From Octopus vulgaris (Eukaryota), in the NCBI GenBank assembly GCA_951406725.2, contig OX597827.1, positions 18,910,001-18,974,000 of the forward strand: a DNA stretch of 64,000 bases. The letters run 5' to 3'. The notes beneath the pieces are model-generated. The model ran no database searches and had not been told where the DNA came from. It was given only the letters and a program-made list of their open reading frames with translations. This document shows positions 1-13,954 of this stretch, piece by piece. Both the position numbers and the translations under genes were made by a program. Positions within the stretch are counted from its first letter, which is position 1. The number at the start of each line of letters is the position of its first letter.

Positions 1-780
1 GAGGGGGAAAATTCTGAAGTTTGGTGTTTTTTTGTTGGCGCAAGTATCTATGTGTTGGCTAAAAGCTATTTTTCTGTTTTGGGGAATTTTTATCTGGGAT
101 CTGTGCAGGGCCATTCGTTTACGCAAACCATTTTTTGTTTGGCCTATGTACTGCTCTTGACACCCGGAGCAGGTTAGTGAGTATATTAGGTTCTCCGAAG
201 CACATGTGAAGTTGCTTTTCACTGTAAACCGTTGTCCCTGTTTGAAGGAGAACTCTGATCCCTCAATTAGATAGTCGCATATCCCGCAATTGGGTCTTCC
301 ACATTTTTTTACTGTCGGCTTCTGTGTTGAAGAGTGAATTCGGGCTTGTGTTAGGAGACTTTTCATGGATCTAGGCTGTCTTTTGCTTTTTATGATCGTG
401 TGTGTTTGGAGGATTGTGTTCATTCTGTGGTCTTTTTTTAGGAGGGGTATGTTGTGGAGGATGGTGTCGAAGGCTTCGTTATTGAGAGGGTTGTGTGTGG
501 AGATGTATGGTAAGGCTTTTGGTTGTAAGTTTTTCTTTGATTTGGGATGTCTCAGTTCCTTGATGTTAAGTTGAATGCACTTGTCAATAAGTGAAGGTGG
601 ATAGTTCCTGGTGATAAGGGTATCTTTTAGTTCTTGTAGTCGTGTGTCTCTGGTGTTTGCGTTAGAGACTATAGTGCATATCCTTTTTGCTAGATTGAAG
701 GGGATATTCATCCTGGTGTGTCTGGGGTGGCATGAATTGAATGGAAGATATTGCTTAGAGTCTGTAGGTTTATAGTATAT
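1..780 (-). mobile_element. Penelope-like element (Neptune-type) fragment: RT thumb, Cys-rich linker and GIY-YIG endonuclease; 5'-truncated and runs off the window start
   Basis: Manual minus-strand translation gives 260 stop-free codons: IYYKPTDSKQYLPFNSCHPRH (PLE RT thumb), CGRPNCGIC...C linker, and NLIYSLTCSGCQEQYIGQT...LRKRMALH (GIY-YIG). It is absent from the ORF track because it has no stop inside the window, and it abuts (TA)n at 780. Confidence 0.93.
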
Positions 781-798
781 ATACATATATATATATAC

Positions 799-884
<86 letters not shown>

Positions 885-885
885 T
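781..885. repeat. (TA)n microsatellite
   Basis: Direct reading. Confidence 0.98.
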
Positions 886-1284
886 TACTCTCTTACTCTT
901 ACTCTTACTCTTGTTTCAGTCATTTGACTGCGGCCATGCTGGTGCACCGCCTTTAGTCGAGGAAATCGACCCTCAGGACTTATTCTTTGTAAGCCTAGTA
1001 CTTATTCTATCGGTCTCTTTTGCCGGGGACGTAAACACACCAGCATCGGTTGTCAAGCGATGTTGGGGGGACAAACACAGACACACAAACACACACACAT
1101 ATATATATATATACATATATACGACGGGCTTCTTTCAGTTTCCGTCTACCAAATCCACTCACAAGACTTTGGTCGGCCCGAGGCTATAGTAGAAGACACT
1201 TGCCCAAGGTGCCACGCGGTGGGACTGAACCCGGAACCATGTGGCTGGTAAACAAGCTACTCACCACATAGCCACTCCTACGCC
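886..1284 (-). mobile_element. tRNA-derived SINE, family A
   Basis: On the minus strand: head GGCGTAGGAGTGGCTATGTGG (A box) and GGTTCAGTCCC (B box), shared body with internal (TA)/(TG), and an (AGAGTA)-like tail. More than 10 near-identical copies in the window. Confidence 0.9.
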
Positions 1285-1304
1285 TATATATGTATATGTA
1301 TATG

Positions 1305-1397
<93 letters not shown>

Positions 1398-1779
1398 GAA
1401 GAGAGAGAGAGAGACAATTGAAGGAGATGGTGTCAACAAAAAGTACAGTTGGACATTTCTATCTAATCACTACAATTATTTCCACGTACTCAACTACGTT
1501 CTCAATAAAATATAACCTAACTGTGTATGTGTGCACGCGCGTGATTGTGTGCGTGTGCGCGCGTGTTTGTGTGTGTGTGTATGTACACACATACACACAC
1601 GCGCACACTTATTACTATGGGCAAATATATAAATGTTATGAGAATTGCTTATCTACAATTTATTAGCACGTTTATGTTTCATCCTAACAGTCTTCAGCAG
1701 AACAACGTCGTCATCTTCTCGATATATTTATTGATTACTGTATTCTTCCACCAGCCTATAACTATCCAACTGTGCGTGC

Positions 1780-1825
<46 letters not shown>

Positions 1826-2523
1826 CGATCACTCTTATGAATGCCAAATGTGTAGAATGTTTCGTGAAGGAATGTTAAAAAGTCTGAAATACGTCTCATT
1901 ACTTTTACCAATTGGTCGGAAAGACCAAATCCGTTGTAATAGTAGAGAAAACTTGTATAAGATCCCGTGCACTGGGACAGAACTCAAAACCACACGGTTG
2001 CAAAGCGAACTTCTTAACCATACAGCCATGCCTGTTGTTGATATATTTCATTAAGGACATCAATTAATCCTAGGCGTGTTAATATCTTGTTTGACCGCTT
2101 GTAAAATGGTTAGCAAGTCAAGCAAAATGCCTTGCGGTATTTCGTCCGCCCTAACGTTTTGAGTTCAAATTTTGCCGAGATTGACTTTACCTTTCATACT
2201 TTCGGGATCAATAAATTAAGTACCAGTGAAACACTGGGGTCAATGTAATCAACTAGTTCCCTTCCTCCAAATTTCAGGCCTTGTGCCTGTAGTAGAAAGA
2301 ATTAGTCTTATTATTCGTCCTGGCGGGATGCACGTGTTTGACCGCTGGTAAGTTTTTCCTTCAAAATTTTGTTTCGAAAAGTTGTTAATTGCTTATTTTG
2401 TTAGTAAATGCTTTTCTAAAGCTCCACCTTTGCATAGATGGGTCGCTTTGTGTTGTTAGCACCTCCTTTGGGTTCTGTAATCTCAAAATAATTGTTTCAA
2501 AAATTTTTAAACGAAAACAAACA

Positions 2524-2694
2524 GGCCAGGAGTGGTTGTGTGGTAAGTAGCTTGCTTACCAACCACATGGTTCCGGGTTCAGTCCCACTGCGTGGCAACT
2601 TGGGCAAGTGTCTTCTACTATAGCCTCGGGCCAACCAAAGCCTTGTGAGTGGATTTGGTAGACGGAAACTGAAAGAAGCCCGTCGTATATATGC

Positions 2695-2729
<35 letters not shown>

Positions 2730-2945
2730 CGTGTATGTTTGTGTGTCTGTGTTTGTCCCCCTAGCATTGTTTGACAACCGATGCTGGTGTGTTTATGTCC
2801 AGGTCACTTAGCGGTTCGGTAAAAGAGACCGATAGAATAAGTACTGGGCTGACCAAAAAGAATAAGTCCCGGGGTCGAGTTGCTCGACTAAAAGGCGGTG
2901 CTCCAGCATGGCCGCAGTCAACTGACTGAAAGAAGTAAAAGAGAG
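2524..2945 (+). mobile_element. SINE family A
   Basis: Full-length homology to 886-1284, with A/B boxes. Confidence 0.9.
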
Positions 2946-3427
2946 AAAGAGAGAATGGCGAAACCAGTCTTGTTGAAGAACATAGAAGAGGAGGTGATAG
3001 GTGTTTCAGATAGAGAGGTGCAAGACGCTGTAGTGCTCTCCGCCTACTACCCACAAAAAGAAGGGGAGGTGAGCATACAGCAGGTTCAAATTCTCGCACA
3101 CGAAATTGCAACATCAGAAGCTTACGAAGCTGAATCCCCTCCAATTCAGTGGAATACTCCAACTCAAAAGACAGTTCATAGCAGCAGCATCAGGACCGCA
3201 GACAACTCCACCACCACCACTACAACGAATAAACAGAAGGCATCACATAGTGACAGTTTCACGACCACAACCAACTCCACCACCACTACAACGAATAACA
3301 TCGTAATAAATGACAATATGAACCAGACTACATTCGCTGCAACAGCAGCCAGAAGCAAAATATTTTTGTATGGATCTGCTTCAGAAAGACATGTGTCAAG
3401 CTAAGGCAGCTAAGTTAATAAGACTAG

Positions 3428-3837
3428 GGATCTTTTCGGTTTGAACGGCAGTTTTTTCTAGCGGTGTCATATGAAATTGTCACCCATAATTATGACCCTA
3501 GTATCGATCTATTGCATTTCAATCTGTTTTAGGGTTAGGGTGGGGGGAAGGGTATCTTTTTTCTTCACAAATGTAAATAAACCCAATCTGTTTCTTAGAC
3601 AAGGGACATATTCATACGGCACAGAATGCTTTTTAACTCAATAGACGTCACTGATTGGTTGAAATTTCAGAAATTGAAGAAAAAAAAAAGCAACAAATAT
3701 CTTACAAACTATAGAATTTTCTCAATAAAGCCAAGAGAAAAAGATGTTTTATACATTCTACCAGTATACGAAGTTAAACATTTTTTTTAGTTACCTAGAA
3801 ATTATGTTAAAAACTGCCGTTCAAACCGAAAAGATCC
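3428..3837 (+). mobile_element. Merlin-like MITE (TIR GGATCTTTTCGGTTTGAACGGCAGTTTT)
   Basis: 28-bp TIRs; same family as 27279, 30758 and 59624. This copy has no matching TSD and sits at the broken end of the R4 fragment. Confidence 0.85.
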
Positions 3838-3840
3838 CAA

Positions 3841-5200
3841 ATATTGCCCTCTTATATATGCTAAATTCCATTCCTATATCTTTGCTGAAGAGTCTTTCGG
3901 TTTGTATAAAGGAATCTATCTCTTTTTCGCTCTTACTAAAAAGCTTCAGATCATCCATGTAGAGCAAATGGTTAATTTTTTCCATTACTATTTCTGAACT
4001 GATACTCTACTTTTGCCTTCTTTAATACTAAACTGAGGGGATCAAACATAAGACAAATATTAAACGGGATAACGAGTCTCCTTGAAAAATTCCTCTCTTG
4101 ATATTAATCTTCCCCGAGACTGTGTCACCTGAGTAGAAATCTACTTTCCATTTCTTCATGCTAAAGAAAATTGATTCTCTTGTGCTGTCTGCTGTACAGA
4201 ATATACTCAAACATTCACTTATCCATGAGTGTGGGATCATATAATAAGTGTTTTTGGAATCCGTCCATGCTGTTGTTAGATTTTTCTTTCGAGCTTTAAC
4301 TTCATTTAGAACTGCTTTGTCTATGTATAATAGATCATGCATTCCGTTAACCTTCTTCCTGCAACCTTTCTGTTTTTCTGACCATAAATTTTGGTTGTCA
4401 AGGTGCTCGTAAATGTTTTCTGAAAGCATTCCTGTGAACAGCTTCCACGCTAATGGTAAGCAAGCGATTGGTCTATAATTGCCATCTGTACTACCCTTAC
4501 TTTTATCTTTCATAAGGAGTTTTGTTCTCCCACTGTTCATTCAATCTGGTATTATTCTTCCATTCAGGCAATCCTGAAGTTGTTCCCTCAGCCTGCCATA
4601 TAAACTACTAAATTTCTTGAGCCAGTATCCTTGAACTAAATCTGGTCCTGGGCCCTTCCAATTCGATATTTTTCCTAACACTTTACTCTTGAATGCACTA
4701 GTTAGTCTTAGATCTGGCTGCTTCTCTCTCACTACTTCTTCCCTCACTTTCTTTAATCTTACTGCATCTCCATTATTATTGACTGGCTCATCCCAAATAT
4801 TACCCCCAAAATTTCTAGCTTCTTCTACATTAGGTATCTCACCTTCAGTACTTTCTTCTTCCCTATTAATTTGGTTATATAATCTTCTCTGGTCTGACTC
4901 AAGTAATCTATTGACTTTATACCGTTCTATTCTTTTCTGACATCTGAGAAGCTTGCCTGCTGCTGCTATGATATGCTGTTTCAACTCTACTATGACTGTC
5001 CCAAACCCTTTCTCTTTGACTAGGTATCTTTTCTCAAGAGAAGCTTTAAATCTTGTGTTTCCTAACTTCGTTCACTTTCCAGGCTTCTATTCTACCCAGA
5101 TCTTGCCTTAAAGTCTTCACTTTATTTTGTTGCTCTTTTCTAATCTTTCCTTGTGGAATATCTAATCTTCTAATAACTACTACCCCTCCAGCACAGCTTA
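3841..5200 (-). mobile_element. R4/Dong-clade non-LTR retrotransposon, degenerate RT fragment
   Basis: Motifs KGPGPDLVQGYWLKKF, NYRPIACLP, RGIFQGDSLS and INHLLYMDDLKL (about 3975-3940), with in-frame stops and frameshifts (ORF track 4541-4984 and 4028-4540). Confidence 0.88.
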
Positions 5201-5997
5201 CAATCCGGACCTAGTTTCCTCCGATTATTACTTTTCTGATTCATGGCTCACTCCCTACACTCGCAAAGCTTCTTCAACCAAGATGGGGTAAAAGCATCGT
5301 GATAGAGTTCTTCGCCTCAAAGGATATGAGCATGTATCAGCGTGGGTTCAAAGAACTGGCAGAAAGTTGGCTTCAAACAGTGCAACACGATGACCTCTAC
5401 TTTGAATGTTAGAATGCTTTTGTTGTAATTTGACGAATGAAACTTATTTAAGCTGTCAAAATATTGCAAAACTTTTGACTTAACATAATTTATATTAAGC
5501 TGTATCGAGCCAATGGTGAAGCTCCACCTGAAGTTGATTGACGTGCTAGAAACAGCAGTCAAATCTCATTCGAGTCGCAAACGGCAATCTTAAAAAAAAC
5601 GGGGTCGGAATATATGGAGTAATTTGTTCCAAGATACTCCTAAAGTATTTGATGGGTACTATTGATAAGAGATCTGTCCAATCAAGGATGGCCCGCGCCT
5701 GAACAACCGGGCCGTTTTATATTTCTAAAAAATCACAGTTTTCATTTTCATAACCCTCGGGCAATTTTCGTCCGCTTTTCTTACTCCTTTTCCTTCTCTC
5801 CCACTCCCTCCCCCTCTCTCCGTTTATCTATTTTTCGCTCTGTTCAGTTCATAACCTCAGTTTACTTGATTCAGGTATATTTTTAATTTCACAAGGATTT
5901 CTTTAAATGGTTTCAAATTTTGGCACAAGGCCAGTAAGTTTGGCGGAGGAAGTAAGTCAGTTCCATTGACCCCAGAGCTCAACTGGTATTTTATCAA

Positions 5998-6229
5998 GGC
6001 GGCGAGCTGGCAGAAACGTTAGTACGCCGGGCGAAATGCTTAGCCGTATTTCGTCTGCCATTAAGTTCTGAGTTCAAATTCCGCCGAGGTTGACTTTGCC
6101 TTTCATCCTTTCGGGGTCGATTAAATAAGTACCAGTTACGCACTGGGATCGATATAATCGACTTAATCCGTGTGTCTGTCCTTTGTCCTCTCTGTGTTTA
6201 GCCCCTTGTGGGTAGTAAAGAAATAGGTA
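5998..6229 (+). mobile_element. tRNA-derived SINE, family B
   Basis: Head GGCGGCGAGCTGGCAGAA...GAGTTCAAATTCCGCC, central GCCTTTCATCCTTTCGGGGTCGA..AAGTACCAG (resembles a Nin/Deu-type conserved SINE domain), tail GTAGTAAAGAAAT. Confidence 0.9.
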
Positions 6230-6245
6230 TTTTATCGCAAGGATT

Positions 6246-6282
<37 letters not shown>

Positions 6283-6287
<5 letters not shown>

Positions 6288-6497
6288 CGATGTTCAACAG
6301 TTTGGGATCAAAGAAAATGCAGGAGAGGATCGGTTAATTATGATTTTATTCAACATATTCCCTTCTCAGATTCACACACCTATTGCAGCAGTCCTTCAGT
6401 CTTTCTGAGCCCTGTAAAAGAACTCAAAAGGTTGGCTATCTGACCAGGTCTTTCGTGACATCCTTAAAGCCAGGAAACTTTTCAGTACCCGCCTTTT
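6283..6497 (-). mobile_element. mariner-derived MITE / internal deletion derivative
   Basis: Its end CTGAAAAG(T)TTCCTGGCTTTAA matches the TIR at 7744; the minus strand encodes a mariner-like C-terminus (CNRCVNLRREYVE*). Confidence 0.7.
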
Positions 6498-6525
6498 ATA
6501 TATATACATACATACATACATACAT

Positions 6526-6608
<83 letters not shown>

Positions 6609-6885
6609 CACACATACATACATATACGCATACATATATGTGCATTCATGCATATGCATAAATACATATATATATTTACATACATATATATACATGCATA
6701 CATACATACAAACATACACACATACACACACATACACACACACATATATATATATATACACATACATAAACGCATACATATATGTGCATTCATACATATG
6801 CATAAATACATATATATTTACATACATATATATACATGCATACATACATATACATACATACTTACATACACACACACACACACAT

Positions 6886-6955
<70 letters not shown>

Positions 6956-7258
6956 GGGTGGTCTAAAGGAGGTGTGAAATTTAGTAACACCCAGAACAGG
7001 ACCCATACCTGAAAGTCTGCAGCCGTGTGAGCGCATTCTGCTAAAGACACTCAAAGACTAAATGATAATGTCAAAAGAGGCAAGGAATTAAAATTAATTA
7101 CCACATATGAGTAATTACACGCGAATACATCTGTATAATCTATTATTGTGTAAAAACATTGATGTTTTTACGCAGAAAAAAATCCCATTACAAATATGCA
7201 TCACGTGTGCGTAAATGTATATGTATGTATTTTGTATGTAAGTATATGTGTGTGTGCA

Positions 7259-7309
<51 letters not shown>

Positions 7310-7535
7310 GCCTCTGTGTGTGTGTGTGTGCTCGCCTGTGTATTGTATATGTGTGGGCATATTTCTTACTGATTGAACTTTCAATGTTTGTTTTGACTGC
7401 TCAAATTGCTTCGTGGCTTGCAGGATTGCGAAGAAAAAAAATATTCACGAAAGAGTGTCTTGTTTCTTTGTATATGTATGTATGTATGTGCGTGTGTGTG
7501 TATATACATTATGTATAAAGTTATGTGTATATGTA

Positions 7536-7568
<33 letters not shown>

Positions 7569-7570
<2 letters not shown>

Positions 7571-7663
7571 CCCTCCTTCCCTTCTTTTCTGAGCGTCCAA
7601 TAATACTTTATTTGTTCCACGTCCTCGCGTTGCTGTGTTTTTTTTGTGTTTTCTTGTTTGGAT

Positions 7664-7668
<5 letters not shown>
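7569..7668 (+). mobile_element. Short (TA)n-embedded fragment of the HHR-bearing family at 38176-38357
   Basis: Homologous to the reverse complement of 38176-38281; flanked by (TA)n on both sides. Confidence 0.75.
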
Positions 7669-7722
<54 letters not shown>

Positions 7723-7743
7723 GCATATATGCATGCACACATA

Positions 7744-8790
7744 TGAGGGGCGGGGCTGAAAAGTTCCTGGCTTTAAAGATTTCGCGAAAGGAGAGATTGG
7801 ACAACTGTTTAGAAGAATCATGACGATATACAATAAACATTTCTCTTTTTTGCAGACTAAATGCCTAATGGCAACTCCTACAGTGGATGTTCATAAAATT
7901 GAAGCACGGGCTGTCATAAGTTCCTCTTTTTGCAAGACAAAGGAGCGGCGGAAACCCATGACGAAATAAAGGAAGTCTTGAAGGATCGCTGCCCATCTTA
8001 CTCCACAGTGTGAAAATTTGGGTCTCAATGTTTCGGACTGGTAATTTCGAGGTCACAGATCATCCGCGGTCAGAACGGCCAACCTCCACAACCACAGAGG
8101 AAAAAGGCGATGCTGTGCACGTCATGATTTTCGAGAACCGCCGGATTTCCGCTAAAATCATAGCTGAGACTCAGCAGATTTCTTGCAAAAGACTTGACCT
8201 CATCATCTACAATATTCTAGACTTGAGAAAACTTTCTGCAAAATGGGTGCCGAAATTCCTGAACGCAGATCAGAAGCGCATCAGAGTGACGACGTCAAAG
8301 ACGATTTTGGGCCGTTCTACTACAGGAGAGGTTGGTTTTATAGTTCGTTTAGTTATTATAGATGTAATTTGGCTTTATCACAATCGAAGGAGAGGGGCTT
8401 TATCCATCCGGGTTGCGGATCCGTGGAATAAGCTGCCGGACGAGATAGTGAAGATGCGGCGACCGCTCGGTTCAAAGTCTCTCTTGACCGGAAATGGCCT
8501 GAGCTCTTTGTATGACCATCCTCCCAGTACATAACTCCCTGTCCCCCTACATGGCCTTGCTTTTGCTTTTTGAGCCAATAAAAATTAAATTGAATTAAAT
8601 TAAAAAATTTAATTATCATTATTATCTCCAGACCAAGCAGCAATCAATGGAGTGGGGCCATAACGGTTCACTGTGTCTCAAGAAGTTTCGAACCCAAAAT
8701 TCAATTGGCAAGATTCTAGCTGCAGTGTTCTGGGACAAAGACGAAATACTCTTCATTAGATTCCCTGATAAAGACAAGCTAGTTAATAAA
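7744..8790 (+). mobile_element. mariner transposon remnant interrupted by a LINE 3' end
   Basis: TA followed by a TIR at 7744. Motifs GNFEVTDHPRSERP and LSAKWVPKFL, then IWLYH | YYLQTKQQSMEW...GKILAAVFWD resuming after the 8381-8612 insert. Confidence 0.9.
8381..8612 (+). mobile_element. CR1-like LINE 3' end, 5'-truncated
   Basis: RRGALSIRVADPWNKLPDEIV plus 3' UTR and an (AATTA)-like tail; TSD TTATCA at 8375-8380 and 8613-8618; second copy at 60378-60710. Confidence 0.82.
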
Positions 8791-9357
8791 AGATCGTAAT
8801 TCAAACCAACTTGTATGCATAAACTGACTAAAACCTTTAAATACTATAATCCTCCATTATCTTCTTTAATCCCTTGATGATCGTCTCACATTGGAATTTC
8901 CATCATCTGCTCCCTCCTGCCACTAGTCAGACATTGGATTAACAACTCATAGTTTTACCCCCAACTGCTTACTTATTCGGTTTACTTTCACCTAACTAAA
9001 TTCTGACCCCATATAGTATGCACGTATCAATCAATCTGAGAACTTTTATACTTATTTATACAGAACATAGATAAATAATTTAGTCATTGACTCTATAATT
9101 TAGCATATCACTACCAGCCAACACTAATAACTTCATTATGTTTATAATGATATTATACTAGTAATAATGGGTAAATAGGAACCTAAACTTTTTAACTTCA
9201 TACACTTCCTAAACAATCAAACTAGGAATATAATTTACACAGGTGGATAATCTTGAAATCTCTCCACTCAATATATATTTTTCCAATCACTATATTATTA
9301 CTATTATATTATAATATTATATTATTACGATTATTATAATTCTGACGATTATTATAT

Positions 9358-9586
9358 ATTTCTTTATTGCCCACAAGGGGCTAAACATAGAGGGGACAAA
9401 CAAAGACTGACAAAGGGATTAAGTCGATAACATCGACCCCAGTGCGTAACTGGTACTTTATTTATCAACCCCGAAAGGACGAAAGGCAAAGTCGACCTCG
9501 GCGGAATTTGAACTCAGAAACGTAACGGCAGACGAAATACCACTAAGCATTTTGCCCAGCGCGCTAACGTTTCTGCCAGCTCGCCG
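9358..9586 (-). mobile_element. SINE family B
   Basis: Full homology; flanked by the TSD ATAATTCTGACGA. Confidence 0.88.
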
Positions 9587-10094
9587 ATAATTCTGACGAA
9601 GGGTGTTCTAGCTGTCTGACTAAGGAACCCGCCCGTTTATTGAATTAGCGTGTAAGCAACGGAATATTCCGCAGGCACGTCAAATGTTAGCATAATTCTC
9701 AGGGAGAATAGGCTTGACGTATAAAGTAAATTAACTGGCAGTATGAATTACAGGTATAATGCTTCCGCTGGGCTGGTTTCGAAACCAGTGCGCTGATTTC
9801 TCACACAAGCCTTAAGTCGACTCGAAACCGCAGTAAAGACACTTGCCCATGATGCTACGCTGCAGGAATGAAACCTAACAAGATGACCAATGAGGAACAT
9901 ACTCCTTCATCATCAGGGTGTTTCTGCGATAATCCATCCACGAATACACACACGCACGCACGCGCATACCGACTCGCACCACGCACACGCACACATACAA
10001 CCGTACATACAAACACACTTGCACACATGTAATAACTGTTAACTCAGCTCCCCGAGACTTAGAATGACAGACATACTGTTATATCTACCTATCC

Positions 10095-10449
<355 letters not shown>

Positions 10450-10467
10450 ATTGATCAGAGTGCGTGC

Positions 10468-10507
<40 letters not shown>

Positions 10508-10512
<5 letters not shown>

Positions 10513-10755
10513 TGTTCCTGGCTCATAAGCGCCGGTTTCCCGGTGTCCTTGGTGTATAGGTTCCCCACCTGGACGGCGAGCTGCAAGATGCAGGAGGAAA
10601 GAGTAAATGTTGTGGCTTTCTCAAGCAGAAGGTCGCCATTACCTTCTGCCGGAACCGCGTGGAGCTTAGGTGTTTCGCTCATAAACACACATCGCCCGGT
10701 CTGAGATTCGAACCCGCGAGTCCACTGCTCTAACCACTAGGCCATGTGCCTCCAC
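10508..10755 (-). mobile_element. tRNA-derived SINE, family C (internally deleted, tail type ii)
   Basis: Head GTGGAGGCACATGGCCTAGTGGTTAGAGC...GGTTCGAATCTC and core GAGCGAAACACCTAAGCTCCACG; homologous to 48679-48983. Confidence 0.8.
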
Positions 10756-10771
10756 GTATATATACACGCAC

Positions 10772-10883
<112 letters not shown>

Positions 10884-11659
10884 ACATGAATATGTATGTG
10901 AACCTGCATATATACACTTATATATGTATACATAAATATTCGTCGTGTGTGTATGTGCCTGTGTATGTATGTGTATATACGCATATATATTATATGTATA
11001 TGTTTGTATACACACATACAAATATAGATAGATAGATGGAATGTTGATAGGGAATGAACAAGCTAAAACAGGTAGGCAGGTGAATATATATATATACATA
11101 CATACATACATACACACATACATAAAAACGCACATGTATATGCATGCATGTATATATGTGTGTGAATATATAAAGATACATGTATGTATATGTATATATA
11201 CGTACATACATACACCTATACATAACATGTATGTGTGTGTGTGTGTGCCATGCATAAATATAGGTTTTCGTTAAATACGCGTGAATATCCATAGTAAATG
11301 ATCTAACAGATTATGTGTACATGTACGTATGAGAGTTGATTGAAATTAGTGTTGATTAGGCGATAGATGCGGTCAAAGCTAAGAGTTGGCGTCTGCTGGG
11401 AAGACATGGCAGAGACAGTAAAACAATTAGCTGGTTTAATAGCAATATTTATCAAGTCCACAGGCCGAGAGTTGAGTAGAAAATAGAGGCAATTAAAGAT
11501 GGCTGCACTGGCAGCGAATCTATGTCATTGCTGGGACGTGTTCGTCGCATAATGGCCGCTAGGTGTCGTCAGACGTTTTATTAAAACAACAGCGGGATGT
11601 ATGTAGAAACACGTACCTACCTTATTGAGTTTACGAATTGAATGTATGGAAGTATAAGT

Positions 11660-11997
<338 letters not shown>

Positions 11998-12075
11998 GGT
12001 GTTCTTATTTGAGTGTGTGTATGTTTGTGCATGTGAAAGAGTGTGTATGTGCCTGTGTACGTGTGCATGTGTGCA

Positions 12076-12107
<32 letters not shown>

Positions 12108-12251
12108 CGTCTCTAGAGACGTATGCATGCATGCATTTATACATCCATATATTGGAGTGTGTATACGTATGGAAACATATATATATACATCTGATTGCAA
12201 ATGCTCGTATATTCGTCCACACGAACAATTAAACATATAAGCGCAAGGGTG

Positions 12252-12326
<75 letters not shown>

Positions 12327-12582
12327 ACACGGTCTCATCCCTGCGTTCGTTCATACATACGCATGCACACGGATTTATCTGTATATCAAAGTGTGTGTGT
12401 GTGTGTCTAGATTTACGTCTCTGTGAATACGTAAATAAAAAAAAAACTATATATATACATATACATCTTTATATAGACTTGTTTGGTAATATGGATATTA
12501 CCAAATATATGCATGAGTACGTGTACGGTTCTATGCATATGTATGTCTGATTTGTGCATCTATATATACATGTATATATATT

Positions 12583-12678
<96 letters not shown>

Positions 12679-12696
12679 TATATATATATATATATG

Positions 12697-12745
<49 letters not shown>

Positions 12746-12913
12746 ATATATGCATGTGTATCTATATGCATACACATGTGTACACGCACAAGGACACAAA
12801 TATATATCTATATGTGTGTGTTAGCATATGTATATTTGTATAAGTATGTGTGTGTGTGAATGATACTCACAATGCGGGTCCACACACATATATACGTACA
12901 AGACTTGCATATA

Positions 12914-12971
<58 letters not shown>

Positions 12972-13954
12972 GGCACGCACACACATATCTATATATCAGC
13001 GCATATGTGCGTACATGTATACGTACAAGTAAGCCTATGTACACACAGGTACGCATATATAAACACACATGCATAAATACGTAGATGCAATGTATCCATT
13101 CATTTGTTTGTAAACATTATATGTGTATACTTATATGTTTGTGTGTGTGTGTAAGACTACATAAGCGTGCGTGCACTTGCAAATATACTAAAACACGCAT
13201 ACACACATACATATATTCAACGCGCTAAGTATATATATATATGTGTGTGTGTGTGTGTACATATATATATATACATATATATATACATACACTCATACAT
13301 AAACACAAATACACACAACGCATTTTATTATTACTGTGCCAAGTACTTGACTGAAGAGCCTACCGGAAGTGGGCTTCCGCGAAAAGAGACGCTATTACGT
13401 TACTGTGACGTATTAGATGACGTTATAACAGCCATTACAGCTCGTTCTGTTGTTGACCAAAATCTACCTTGGATAGATAAGGGTTGTCTGCGAGTCAACT
13501 TCGCTTTTCATCCTTCCGGGGTGGTCGATAAAATAAAGCATCACTTTAGCAGTAAGGTCGATATAATCGACTGTTCTCCTCCTGAATTTGAATTGTTAAG
13601 TAGCACAACAAAACGTCTTGTAGACCCACTCCTCGTTCCTGACCTCCATTTTAAGAAAGAACTTGTGAGAGAGAGGGAGAGGGAGCACAAAATAGAAATA
13701 ATGCAAGCAGTGTTATATATTATAGCATAAACACAAAACCCTTATAGCTATTAGGTTAGAAACTGTTACCGTCGTGGTGAACGCCGCTTATTTGCTTCTG
13801 TCATCATTGTTAGTACTGATGTCAGCATGTTAGATCGGTTGATATAATACTTTGTCACGCTCAGTTTTGTTCCTTGACGTTCTGATTTCAAATTTCCCTG
13901 GGGTCGACTCAGCCTTCCAAGCATTCCAAAATCAAGAAAAGTACATTTAACTGA

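Noticed and set aside
2898-3404. 168-aa ORF as a host gene or LINE ORF1 start
   Set aside because: It begins inside a SINE tail and ends in Thr-rich low-complexity sequence. The middle may be a retroelement ORF1 fragment, but I recognise no motif.
13351-13400. CTGAAGA...GAAA hammerhead candidate
   Set aside because: A hairpin lies between the boxes, but no stem III, NUH triplet or stem I can be formed.
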